Made by a program: the position numbers and the translations under genes. A stretch of DNA of 63,187 nt, counting the filler, from Octopus bimaculoides (Eukaryota): assembly GCF_001194135.2 (NCBI RefSeq). It is 6 parts of 6 records of this genome, joined end to end, with 100 filler letters (N's around TTAATTAATTAA, not from the genome) between each part and the next. Parts side by side here need not be neighbours in the genome. Positions count along the whole stretch, not along the records: positions 1 to 26,842 come from NC_069006.1; positions 26,943 to 36,468 come from NC_068986.1; positions 36,569 to 46,765 come from NC_068999.1; 3 more parts are not named here. One strand, written 5' to 3'. Under the pieces are notes generated by a model. It was not told the DNA's origin and did not search any database. It saw only the letters and a program-made list of their open reading frames with translations. The number at the start of each line of letters is the position of its first letter. Positions within the stretch are counted from its first letter, which is position 1. This document shows, in pieces, positions 25,366 to 36,602 of the stretch.

Positions 25366-26785
25366 ACAGTATATATTTCTGCTTAGTTGAAGCAAAATGA
25401 AGTTTATATACATGAAGAAATAAATTTATATAAATAAATACACATATAAATAAATACATAAGTAAAAATAATACAAGATTAATGGCCGGAATATATATAT
25501 TATATATATGTATATATCANNNNNNNNNNNNNNNNNNNNNNNNNNNNNNNNNNNNNNNNNNNNNNNNNNNNNNNNNNNNNNNNNNNNNNNNNNNNNNNNN
25601 NNNNNNNNNNNNNNNNNNNNNNNNNNNNNNNNNNNNNNNNNNNNNNNNNNNNNNNNNNNNNNNNNNNNNNNNNNNNNNNNNNNNNNNNNNNNNNNNNNNN
25701 NNNNNNNNNNNNNNNNNNNNNNNNNNNNNNNNNNNNNNNNNNNNNNNNNNNNNNNNNNNNNNNNNNNNNNNNNNNNNNNNNNNNNNNNNNNNNNNNNNNN
25801 NNNNNNNNNNNNNNNNNNNNNNNNNNNNNNNNNNNNNNNNNNNNNNNNNNNNNNNNNNNNNNNNNNNNNNNNNNNNNNNNNNNNNNNNNNNNNNNNNNNN
25901 NNNNNNNNNNNNNNNNNNNNNNNNNNNNNNNNNNNNNNNNATATACATGCAAACATATACATATAGGTAAATATATGTACATGTATTTATGCACACGCAT
26001 AAATCCATATGTGTACGTATATGTTTATATATGCGTGAGTGAGGGTACGTAGGACATGTAATATAATAATATAATATACAATATCTGTGTGCCAATATGT
26101 AATGTACACACCATATACATTCTCCTGTATGTGATATATGAAATATCCGACTATGAAAAACGACATTACGCAAAAATTTCAAGTATACTGGAATAAAATA
26201 TCTTTTCTCTATCAGAAATACAAAACACACTTATAAACACATATATGAATATGTAGAGACACATATCCACGTATGCGTAGAATCGAGCGCTCCGACACAC
26301 ACACCGTGTAACATATATCAATACATGGGCAGATACAATACAACGAACATACGCAAATATAAACGATTTGCAATCCATATATGTGTGTGTGTGCTTGTAT
26401 GTGTCTGTGTGTACGTATGTAGGTACGTGCGTGCGTGAGTGTGTGTGTAATAACTATTTGGTCATAGTTATGTGCGTGCATTGTACTTTGGATTTTAAAA
26501 GCGTCAAGAACTGCGTCTCCATCCATCCACGCTTAAATCTTGTGTTTGCGAAACCTAGGCTACTGGCTTATTTGTGACTCGCACAAAACCTAATAAATTA
26601 GGCATTCTCTTCCCAGAAGTGAGCAGCAAATCTGCCACATGTGTGAGTGCGTGCGTATGTGTGTGTGTGTATGTGTGTGCGTGTATGTATGTGTGTGTGT
26701 GAAAGTGAGTGTTCGTGTGTCTGCAGGGCGCGTGTGTTAATGGCACAATAATCCATAGATGTGTATGGAAACATACGTGAATACA

Positions 26786-26840
<55 letters not shown>

Positions 26841-26842
26841 AT

Positions 26843-26942
26843 NNNNNNNNNNNNNNNNNNNNNNNNNNNNNNNNNNNNNNNNNNNNTTAATTAATTAANN
26901 NNNNNNNNNNNNNNNNNNNNNNNNNNNNNNNNNNNNNNNNNN
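26843..26942. other. Artificial assembly spacer (44 N + TTAATTAATTAA + 44 N)
   Basis: Exactly 100 nt; identical structure five times in the window. Confidence 0.95.
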
Positions 26943-27066
26943 AGACTGATAGAATAAGTACTAGGCTTACAAAGAATAAGTCCTGGGGTCGATTTGCTCG
27001 ACTAAAAGCGGTGCTCCAGCATGGCTGCAGTCAAATGACTGAAAAAGATAAAAGAGTAAAAGAGTA
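26943..27066 (+). mobile_element. SINE family A, 3' part
   Basis: gatagaataagtactaggcttacaaagaataagtcctggggtcgatttgctcgact...aaagagtaaaagagta. Confidence 0.75.
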
Positions 27067-27939
27067 TAAGTCTAACATCTTAATTAATCAGTGTTTAACC
27101 CTTGGTCGGTCCTGAACAAGTAACCTTAGGATAAAAGGTTTTTCAAATCCTGACCACCCTCTCTTTTATTTATTTATTTTTTTTTTTTTGTACATCCAGC
27201 ACTACTTTACTTAACGTATCCTAGCATTTTTAAAAACAGCAGATTAAATTTTAGGGAGATTTGGTTAATATTTCTAGCGGGTCGAACGACCACTTTAACA
27301 CGTCTCCCTTGACTCGTCTCAATTGTAGATGAAAGACGGTCAGATTAGTAATGGTGCAACGAAATATGTGTAGCTTGTTATTGTTTTAACTCCGCATCCA
27401 AGTTGATCCAGAAGATACAGAATCAAACTTGTTCCCGCTCTAACTCACAGCTAGCTTTAAATTCACGGTCTACGTAACTTATCCATTATGTCCCGCCTTT
27501 AAGCAGTGTTGGCAGTGAAACGGCGGAGTCATTGGAGCATTGGATAGGAGGGCTTCCAGCATTTATTCTGTTTGAGCTTTGAGTTCAAATCGCAGCCAGG
27601 TCAACTTTGCTGTTTATCCTTTTTGAGGTCGATTAAAAAATATCAATCCAGAATGGTGGATTGACAGAACTATTGAAGGAATCAACAGTAAAAATCAATA
27701 AATTATCAATAATTACCAGAAGCAAGCGATCATGGGATCGTTATAATTTGTCCATCACCGTCATGGAAATTTCTAGAATAAAATTATTAAAAAGTATAAT
27801 CAATAAAAACCAATCCGTTCGTTCTTTGGTGTCACTATCACTTTCCAAAGAAATATTGAAAGAAATCTAATGAAAATACTGAACGAAATTAATAAAGAAC
27901 AATAAAAATTAATTCCTCTTATATTCTTTTCCATTCTAT

Positions 27940-28087
27940 GCGCAAAGCCCGAAACTTTTGGGGAGGGAGCCAGCTGATTAGATCGACCGCCCGAAAGGAT
28001 GAAAGGCAAAGTCGACATCGGCGGAATTTGAACTCAGAACGTAAAGACAAACGAAATAATGCTAAGCATTTCGCCCGGCGTGCTAAA
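27940..28087 (-). mobile_element. SINE family B (tail T1), head interrupted
   Basis: Stops at cggcgtgctaa, where the next copy begins; internal deletion. Confidence 0.7.
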
Positions 28088-28089
28088 GT

Positions 28090-28326
28090 TTTTTATTTCT
28101 TTATTGCCTACAAGGGGCTAAACAGAGAGGGAACAAACAAGAACAGACGAACGGATTAAGTCGATTACATCGACTCCAGTGCGTAACTGGTACTTAATTT
28201 ATCGACCCCGAAAGGATGAAAGGCAAAGTCGACCTCGGCGGAATTTGAACTCAGAACGTAACGGCAGACGCAATACCGCTAAGCATTTCGCCCGGCTTGT
28301 TAACGTTTCTGCCAGCTCGCCACCTT
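28090..28326 (-). mobile_element. SINE family B, tail type T2
   Basis: Full head aaggtggcgagctggcagaaacgttaac; tail gtttgttccctctctgtttagccccttgtaggcaataaagaaataaaa. Confidence 0.85.
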
Positions 28327-28667
28327 AATGATTGGTGAATATTAATCGATATTGCGTCGATACTTGGTTGGAAATTAGTGATTTTTAGTTTTAAATTAAC
28401 CATGCTCTTCTAGATTCAGTTTGCAAATAATTTCAGTTCCCTTAATGCTTAAAATCGTTTCAGGTGTTTATTAACCCCTTCGATGCTGACAATCTGAGCT
28501 ATGACATAACTAGTACACTCAACCAACCAACTCGTAACCACAACTCTCACCGACAAAATTGAGGGCCCCCACCCTTTTTTTTTTTTTTTGATCCTGTGAA
28601 AATATCCAAAACCAGTCTTTTAATCTTACATCGATATTAAATAAAACAGGAACCATTAGGCTATATA

Positions 28668-28794
28668 CAGGGTGTCCACAAAGTCTGGGTACATGGGGAT
28701 TAACACATACTTTAAGAAATTATTATTTCTTATATTTAATTGTTTATGTTATGATTTTATTTACTCCATGTACCCAGACCTTGTGGACACCCTG
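28668..28794. mobile_element. Tc1/mariner-type MITE
   Basis: 29-bp TIRs cagggtgtccacaa(a/g)gtctgggtacatgg with one mismatch; TA on both sides (28666-28667, 28795-28796). Confidence 0.9.
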
Positions 28795-29044
28795 TAGGTT
28801 GATATTTAAATGGAATTCTATTAAAACTGGAATTATATTAAAAATTACATTTTGTGGCGGGATTTTTTTTAATAATTAAATTTTATATACAAGTTATGGT
28901 CTATTTTTTCTTTAATTATATATTTCAATTATAATATTTCAAGTATTTTCCAATTATAATATTTTTTTATCTGTTATTTAATATATTTAAATATTCATTT
29001 ATTTACTTGAATAAATTTTTAAATAATTGAAAAACTTGTCGTTC

Positions 29045-29337
29045 CTTCTTGAGCCATGTCTGGCTCATAAGGGGCCGGTTTCCAGGTTTCATTGGCGTAT
29101 AGGTTCCCCCACCTGGACGGGACACTGGTTTGTCACAGGTGAGCTGCTAAATGTAGGAGGAGAGAGAGAAAGTTGTGGCGAAAGAGTCAGTAGAAATTCG
29201 CCATACCCTTCTGCCAGAGCCACGTGGGGCTTAGGTGTTTCGCTCATAAACACACACACATCGCCCGGTTTGAGAATCGAACCCACGATCTCTCGACCGC
29301 GAGTCCGCTGCTCTAACCACTAGGCCATATGCCTCCA
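29045..29337 (-). mobile_element. SINE family C variant with a different 3' part
   Basis: Head (minus) tggaggcatatggcctagtggttagagcagcggactcgcggtcgagagatcgtgggttcgattc is shared with 31620-31700; the 3' region diverges. Confidence 0.75.
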
Positions 29338-30013
29338 CATTCGTATATTTACTTAATTCATTATTCAAATTAATTTAATATTCCATTTTTTATATTTAAA
29401 TTCAAAATAAGTTTTGTTTTTAGAAAATCTTGTTGTTTGTTATTCATTTTTTATTTATTCATACTTTCTTTTCCAGCATATGTGTTCGTGCGTGTATCAT
29501 TAAAATTATCAAATGTAATCGACTTACCTCTTCCCCGAAGTTTCAGGCCTCGTGCCAAAATATAAAACCAATAATAAAATTATTAAAATATATTTAAATA
29601 TTCATGCATTTATTTAAATTAGAAAAATTATTAGAAAAATCTACCTTTCACTATGAAGAATGAACAATGAACTTATAACTAAAGAGAAAAGGCAAGAAAG
29701 AATTGAAAAAACCCCTTCTGGGGGCCAATGGATGGCTCTCCCTTTTCAAACACTTGATTTCCCTGGATTCCCACTTTGTAATTAACAATAGTTGACATTA
29801 ACCACCGTCGCCATTTCATATCCCCGACCCCGTGTTGCTCCCATTTGATCAGTGGTCTTATACAATATGCTGGTTTTTTGTTAATTTCGTAGTGACTGAG
29901 TGAAAAGTTCATGACAAGTTCAGAACAATGTCGTCAATAGATTCTTAAAAGGATAACGGGACAATTAGATTCTTATCTTATTAGCTTTCCAGCTATCTAT
30001 CTATCTATCTATC

Positions 30014-30181
30014 TTTTTTTTTCTCGATCCCTTTTGATCGAACTCCCCCCTTTTTCCCTTCCTACGATCCCTTTTGATCGACACACCTCTACTTTTTTTT
30101 TCTTCCCCCCTCCCAAAAAGAAAAGCTCTACATTGTATTTGTCCCATCTTTGTTGAGCCCTGTGTGGCTAATAAAAGAAAT
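30014..30181 (+). mobile_element. Second copy of the (TATC)n-embedded repeat, more 5'-truncated
   Basis: Near-identical to 3470-3640; two CGATC-N6-GATCG hairpins (30025-30040, 30065-30080); (CTAT)n on both sides. Confidence 0.7.
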
Positions 30182-30208
30182 GTATCTATCTTTATCTATC
30201 TATCTGTC

Positions 30209-30295
<87 letters not shown>

Positions 30296-30514
30296 TTATC
30301 TATCTATCTATTTATCTATCCTAACCACTCCGCCAACTCACTACCTTAATTTCAACTAACCAGTTATTGATAATTAGACTGCCCAACCATGACCTACACC
30401 ACAAACATTATTGCGTCTTACTATAGTACGAAAATTAATCATCATCATCACCTCCATCATCATCATCAACAACACCAACAAAAAGCAATCCTCACCATCG
30501 TCGCCATCATCACA

Positions 30515-31030
30515 AGATAGTTTTGCATTCTGAGATCAAATCTACCGAGCCAACTTTAGCTCCCATCCCTCAGGGTCGATAAAATAAATACCCGTTATGT
30601 GTGTACCTTGGATGGGGGTGGGGATATCGTTTAAGCGGAGATTACCTCCCTCTCCCCATACCCCACCACTCCATTCTGACGTTGTGCCAAGTTTAGGAAC
30701 TGCTATTATCAATGAATGGTAATGGGGGGTGAATGACGATGAGATAACATAATCGGTGGAGCGATGGATTAAATGCCTTCAGGTATTTATCTACCTTTAC
30801 GTTTGGAGTTCAATTCCCGCCGGAGTCGGCTTTCTCTTTTATCCTCCTATGGTCGATAAAATAAATAACAAGCAAGTGCTGCGCTGAATTAAATTGACTG
30901 TGTCTTCTCTCGGAAATTTGTGGTCGTGTGCCAAAGTTAGATACTGCTTGGTAGAATCGGTAGAGCGTCGGACAAAATACCTGGTGATGTTTGCTTATGG
31001 CACTTTTCGCTTCTGGGTTCAAACTCGGTT
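30515..31030 (+). mobile_element. Cluster of decayed SINE family B copies
   Basis: Repeated gagatcaaatct/gagttcaattcc B-boxes, ggtcgataaaataa blocks and gtgccaaagtt tails. Confidence 0.55.
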
Positions 31031-31319
31031 TAGACCAGCTTTGTTTTTCCTCCTTCCAAAGGCCACAAGATAAGATAACAGTCATGTACTTTGGTCGATT
31101 CAATAGATAGTGCCCTCCCACAAATCTGTGACACTCTATCAGAAATCAGATCTTGTGATATTTGTTCCGCCTCTTTACTGTCTGACTCCAAATCCTCCGA
31201 GTTCAATTTTACCGTTTTTTCCTTCCATGTCTGATGAAATAAAACAAAAGTCAACACTCGAGGCTCTTCAGTCAACAACCCTCCACTCCATCAGAGTTTT
31301 GGACTTGTTGTTGTTGTTG

Positions 31320-31700
31320 TTGGCACTCCGTCGCTTACGATGTCGAGGGTTCCAGTTGATCCGATCAACGGAACAGCCTGCTCGTGAAATTAACGTGCAA
31401 GTGGCTGAGCACTCCACAGACACGTGTTCCCTTAACGTAGTTCTCGGGGATATTCAGCGTGACACAGAGTGTGACAAGGCTGACCCTTTGAATTACAGGC
31501 ACAACAGAAACAGGAAGTAAGAGTGAGAGAAAGTTGTTGTGAAAGAGTACAGCAGGGTTCGCCACCACTCCCTGCCGGAGCCTCGTGGAGCTTTAGGTGT
31601 TTTCGCTCAATAAACACTCACAACGCCCAGTCTGGGAATCGAAACCGCGATCCTATGACCGCGAGTCCGCTGCCCTAACCACTGGGCCATTGCACCTCCA
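31320..31700 (-). mobile_element. SINE family C, full length
   Basis: Minus head tggaggtgcaatggcccagtggttagggcagcggactcgcggtcataggatcgcggtttcgattccc (A and B boxes); near-identical copy at 51964-52339; (AAC)n tail. Confidence 0.85.
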
Positions 31701-32104
31701 CTTTTGGACTTATACCAGTCTTAGAAATAACAGTTAATGGCAATGACCGATAACAGAATTAACAGAATAACCGTTTTTAGATGCAGTTCTTTACGTTTTC
31801 ACTTCAATTCCGTCACCATTGTCTTTCACGTTTCTGTTAAAATCGATAAAATATTATCAACCAAATTCTTTTGTATCGAGAAAAAGGACGCTGGAGGTAG
31901 ATGGTAGAATCGGGAGAGCAGCAACTATAAATAGTCTGTGATTTTTAGTTACGTTACCTAATGTGCTGAGTTCAAATCCCGCTGAGGTTGACTTTTCCTT
32001 TCCATAAATATACGTTAAGTTTTGGAGTTTGATATAATCGACTGCACCCTTTCAAAGAATTTTTAGACTTTGTAATTATGTTCGAAATCATAATTATTGG
32101 TTCC

Positions 32105-32312
32105 ACAATTTGGCACAAGTCCAATAAGTTCGGGAAGGAATGAAACTGGATTACATTGAGTACTGGTACTCAACCGGTACTTATTTTTTCGACCCCGAAG
32201 ATACAGAAGGCAAAGTCGACCTCGGCGGAATTTGAACTCAGAACGTAAACACCGACGAAACGCCGCTAAGCATTTTTTGCTCAGCGTGCTAACGATTCCG
32301 CCAGCTCGCCGC
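32105..32312 (-). mobile_element. SINE family B
   Basis: Head ggcggcgagctggcggaatcgttagcacgc on the minus strand; CpGs intact. Confidence 0.8.
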
Positions 32313-32775
32313 CGTGTTCGGGATCATTTTTTTTTTTAATGTTTTTATTTCTAAGGGTTTTAAGGGTAACTAAAACGGTGAGAGACGCTACCATTGGGCC
32401 CTTACTTTCCTAATTTTACTGGGGCTGTGGGCGGCGGAGGGGTTCACTTTTCTTCTCACATAGCTCGATAAAAATGTAAATACCTGTCATTTGCGGAGAT
32501 CCATTTAGTCATTTATACATATTTCCTACAAATTACNNNNNNNNNNNNNNNNNNNNNNNNNNNNNNNNNNNNNNNNNNNNNNNNNNNNNNNNNNNNNNNN
32601 NNNNNNNNNNNNNNNNNNNNNNNNNNNNNNNNNNNNNNNNNNNNNNNNNNNNNNNNNNNNNNNNNNNNNNNNNNNNNNNNNNNNNNNNNNNNNNNNNNNN
32701 NNNNNNNNNNNNNNNNNNNNNNNNNNNNNNNNNNNNNNNNNNNNNNNNNNNNNNNNNNNNNNNNNNNNNCCAATA

Positions 32776-33190
32776 GGCGTAGGAGTGACTGTGTGGTAAG
32801 TAGCTTGCTTACCAACCACATGGTTCCGGGTTCAGCCCCACTGCGTGGCACCTTGGGCAAGTGTCTTCTACTATAAGCCTCGGGCCGACCAAAGCCTTGT
32901 GAGTGGATTTGGTAGACGGAAACTGAAAGAAGCCCGTTGTGTATATATATGTGTGTGTGTGTGAATGTGTATGCATGTTTGTGTGTTTGTGTTTGTCCCC
33001 CCAACATCGCTTGACAACCGATTCTGGTGTGTTTACGTCCCCCGTAACTTAGCGGTTCGGCAAGAGAGATCGATAGAATAAGTACTAGGCTTACAAAGAA
33101 TAAGTTCTGGGGTCGATTTACTCGACTAAAGGCGGTGCTCCAGCATGGCCACAGTCAAATGACTGAAACAAGTAAAAGCGTAAAAGAGTA
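32776..33190 (+). mobile_element. SINE family A, full length with internal (TA)(TG) microsatellite
   Basis: tRNA-like head ggcgtaggagtgactgtgtggtaag...gggttcagccc, internal microsatellite 32940-32995, tail aacaagtaaaagcgtaaaagagta. Confidence 0.85.
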
Positions 33191-34175
33191 ATAAGAAATG
33201 AACAAGAAAATTAAATTTTTAAACAAAAGAACCTGCCAGCTTCCCCGACGCCGTCCACACCACTGTTTCTATCGTTTCTAACTCTTGGCTTCTGTTTATA
33301 GCAGTCTCTACATGAAAGTCTTTCTGAATGAAGTTCATTCAACCACAACCTGATCTGTGACCCTTGGTCAAAGAGTCGGCAACATTCGAGGCTTAAGATG
33401 CATTTTGTTACGCTCTGGATCCGAACTCCTGGCTTGATTTTAACCCCTCGCATGACACTCACTGAAACGCATTATCATAATTACGGTCACGGCATGGGTC
33501 GTGCATTCACAGGAAATAATTATGGCTTAGAGGCGACACGGTATCTATACATCTATACATCTATCTATCTACTTATCTACTTATCTATCCATCTATCTAT
33601 CTATCTAATTATCTATCTATTAAACTAACAATATGATCGACAAGGGAAGCCTTCAGCTAACTAAATACAAATAAATTCAGTAAGGTTGTCTCACATATGT
33701 AGTATAGTGAGACGAAAACCTTCCATTAAAAGATATTATCCTTGCAGTTAATAGACGACCCCCCCCCNNNNNNNNNNNNNNNNNNNNNNNNNNNNNNNNN
33801 NNNNNNNNNNNNNNNNNNNNNNNNNNNNNNNNNNNNNNNNNNNNNNNNNNNNNNNNNNNNNNNNNNNNNNNNNNNNNNNNNNNNNNNNNNNNNNNNNNNN
33901 NNNNNNNNNNNNNNNNNNNNNNNNNNNNNNNNNNNNNNNNNNNNNNNNNNNNNNNNNNNNNNNNNNNNNNNNNNNNNNNNNNNNNNNNNNNNNNNNNNNN
34001 NNNNNNNNNNNNNNNNNNNNNNNNNNNNNNNNNNNNNNNNNNNNNNNNNNNNNNNNNNNNNNNNNNNNNNNNNNNNNNNNNNNNNNNNNNNNNNNNNNNN
34101 NNNNNNNNNNNNNNNNNNNNNNNNNNNNNNNNNNNNNNNNNNNNNNNNNNNNNNNNNNNNNNNNNNNNNNNNNNG

Positions 34176-34400
34176 GGGGAAGGCGGCGAGCTGGCAGAAA
34201 CGTTAGCACGCCGGGCGAAATACATAGCGGTATTTCGTCTGCCGTTACGTCCTGAGTTCAAATTCTACCGTCGTTGACTTTGCCTTTCATCCTTCCGGGG
34301 TTTGTAAAATAAATATCAGTTGTGTACTGCGGTCGATCTAATCGACTGCCCCACTCCCTTCCCCAAAAATTTCGAGCCTTGTGCCTAGAGCAGAAAAGAA
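34176..34400 (+). mobile_element. SINE family B, tail T1
   Basis: aaggcggcgagctggcagaaacgttagcacgccgggcgaaat...ctgagttcaaattc...cgagccttgtgcctagagcagaaaag. Confidence 0.85.
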
Positions 34401-35260
34401 TATATTATACATAGGGGACAACTCTACACTATTTCTGGCTTCCTGTCAAGTTGTCACCGGTGAAGTTGTTACCAGATCGATTCGTCATCAGCAACCCTAC
34501 TTGAGATATCAAAGCAAAGAGATATACAAACAACATATTAATATATAAGGTGAAAATAACGAAAATTAAATGTATTTGTTTACTTTATAAGAATTTAGAA
34601 ACTTCGAGAAATATGTAGCAATTTCTTTAACGGTGGAACTCGAAGGAGATGAAGCTATAAATAATAATACAGCCAGCCTTCGGGGTTTTTTTTTTTATCC
34701 AAGGAGTTTTTGAACCAGACATTCTATACGCTATTACTTATAGCCTTATCCATTTCGAGTTTCGCCCTTAACAAAAACAATTCATTTCGAAGTTTCGAAG
34801 ATTTTTTACTGTAAATAATACACAATTCTCACTGACTAAACAAAGCTTCTAAAATTAATGGAGGAAACTCGAAGTGTTTTGTCTATAATAGTAACAACGT
34901 CTGTCATGTTCATAGATGTGCATTCGAATCTCTGATGCAACCTTCAACTTCTTTCTATTGTTCACCAGGGTTGTTTTTAATTCAATATTTCACACCCTAG
35001 TGTGTATTGCTTTATCTACTTCGATCTTCACGTTAAAAAGTACAATTTATTTAAGATTATTCAAAAATTTATCAAAAACAGAAAAACCATCCAAAAACAC
35101 AAAAAAGGAAACATTAAGCCATTTAATGTCAAGTTTTGTGCTTCAGAATATGTCTTTCATATTTCTCTGTATTTCTTCTGGTTTCTTCTTGGATAAAATT
35201 TTGTGGAACTCGTTTAGATCTGTTGGGAAAAAACATGTTCTTCGTAACAGAATCAAATTA

Positions 35261-35534
35261 TAGTAAAGATTGTTTGCTAACATAACATGGCAGTCCTGGT
35301 TTAGGACTAATGTTGCTGTAATTTAGCCCCAAGAAACATCGTCTCCAGCTGGTTATACGACACGATCTGTGCCCTTATATTTTCGAACAGTCAGCTCTGT
35401 GTCCTAATATTTTCGAACAAGGATACAGATCGTGTCGTATAGCCAGCTGGAGACGATGTCTCCTGGGACTAAATTACAGTAACATTCATCCTAAAACAGG
35501 ACTGCCATGTTATGTTAGCAAACAATCTTTACTA
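35261..35534. mobile_element. Foldback MITE with 116-bp inverted arms
   Basis: Arms 35261-35376 and 35419-35534, 10 mismatches by eye; terminal TA on both ends. Confidence 0.85.
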
Positions 35535-35594
35535 CAAAGTACTTTTGCTGAATATCTCACGTTGGGAGATTTAAAAAATAGTAATTTTCTAAGA

Positions 35595-35655
<61 letters not shown>

Positions 35656-35727
35656 TCACTGCCTGGAATCGAACTCGGAATCTTGGGGTCAGTAGCCTGT
35701 GCTCTTAACCACTACGCCATATGGCCC
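35595..35727 (-). mobile_element. Short tRNA-derived SINE: head plus (AAT)n tail
   Basis: Minus: ggccatatggcgtagtggttaagagc...gagttcgattccaggcagtgacctgaataataat; A-box TGGCGTAGTGG, B-box GAGTTCGATTCC; no acceptor stem, so not a tRNA gene. Confidence 0.75.
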
Positions 35728-35774
35728 TGGGTATACCTTAGGAATGACAATCCAGGTTCGAAATTTCCCCAAGA

Positions 35775-35816
35775 CACCTGATGAAGGCTGGAGAGTATAT
35801 CAGCCGAAACGTTGTG
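35775..35816 (+). ncRNA. Minimal type-I hammerhead ribozyme-like motif, family H-C
   Basis: cac CTGATGA A GGCTG gagagtatat CAGCC GAAAC GTT gtg: canonical core, 5-bp stem II, palindromic AACGTT stem III, GUU triplet, 3-bp stem I. Confidence 0.6.
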
Positions 35817-36156
35817 CTAACAACAAACAAGATGAGGACGAATATCCGTCAAATGTAAATGATGTAAATTTAAATATTGGTCTCAATTACGAAGCTTGTC
35901 CTGATGCTAAACTGCAGCAGCAGCAGCAGCAAGAAGCAAGATGATAACTTTTGATAGTGCTGTCTTAGAAACAAATCGTCTGGAAAAAGGTGATGGCCAC
36001 GGTTGTATCTCTTTGATCATAAGTCTGCTTCAGTGGGGTTGACACGGGACAAAACAACCGTAACAACAACAACAACAACAACAACAACAAAATATACGAT
36101 GCATTCCTACTTTGAAAGTAGATATTTTCTGATCCTTAACGCCTGGGACTCATCAC

Positions 36157-36216
<60 letters not shown>

Positions 36217-36231
36217 GTAATAATAATAATA

Positions 36232-36468
36232 ACCGACAAAACTATAAAAGCTAATAAACCGGATATTATTATAAAAGATCAAACAAAGATGTGTTTGTTA
36301 ATTGACATGAGTATTCCTTGCGATCACAATATAGCGGCGAAAGAATTTGACAAGATCAGTAAATATAAAGACTTGCTAATAGAAATCGAAAAAAATGTGG
36401 CACCTCAAGGCGACTACCATACCAGTGATTGTAGGATCTCTAGGAATGATTAAAAAAATGAAACCTAT
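36232..36468 (+). mobile_element. R4/Dong-like RLE-domain fragment
   Basis: TDKTIKANKPDIIIKDQTKMCLLIDMSIPCDHNIAAKEFDKISKYKDLLIEIEK / frameshift / MWHLKATTIPVIVGSLGMIKK; begins immediately after (AAT)n and is cut by the spacer. Confidence 0.8.
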
Positions 36469-36568
36469 NNNNNNNNNNNNNNNNNNNNNNNNNNNNNNNN
36501 NNNNNNNNNNNNTTAATTAATTAANNNNNNNNNNNNNNNNNNNNNNNNNNNNNNNNNNNNNNNNNNNN
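36469..36568. other. Artificial assembly spacer
   Basis: 44 N + TTAATTAATTAA + 44 N. Confidence 0.95.

Positions 36569-36602
<34 letters not shown>

Noticed and set aside
26887-26898. TTAATTAATTAA as a biological palindrome or homeodomain site
   Set aside because: Always centred in exactly 88 N; an assembly linker.
33211-33540. Complex non-repetitive stretch with small ORFs on both strands
   Set aside because: No recognisable domain or splice signals.
35652-35727. Possible tRNA gene
   Set aside because: A and B boxes are present but there is no acceptor stem and it runs into an (AAT)n tail; called a SINE. The same applies to the other SINE heads.
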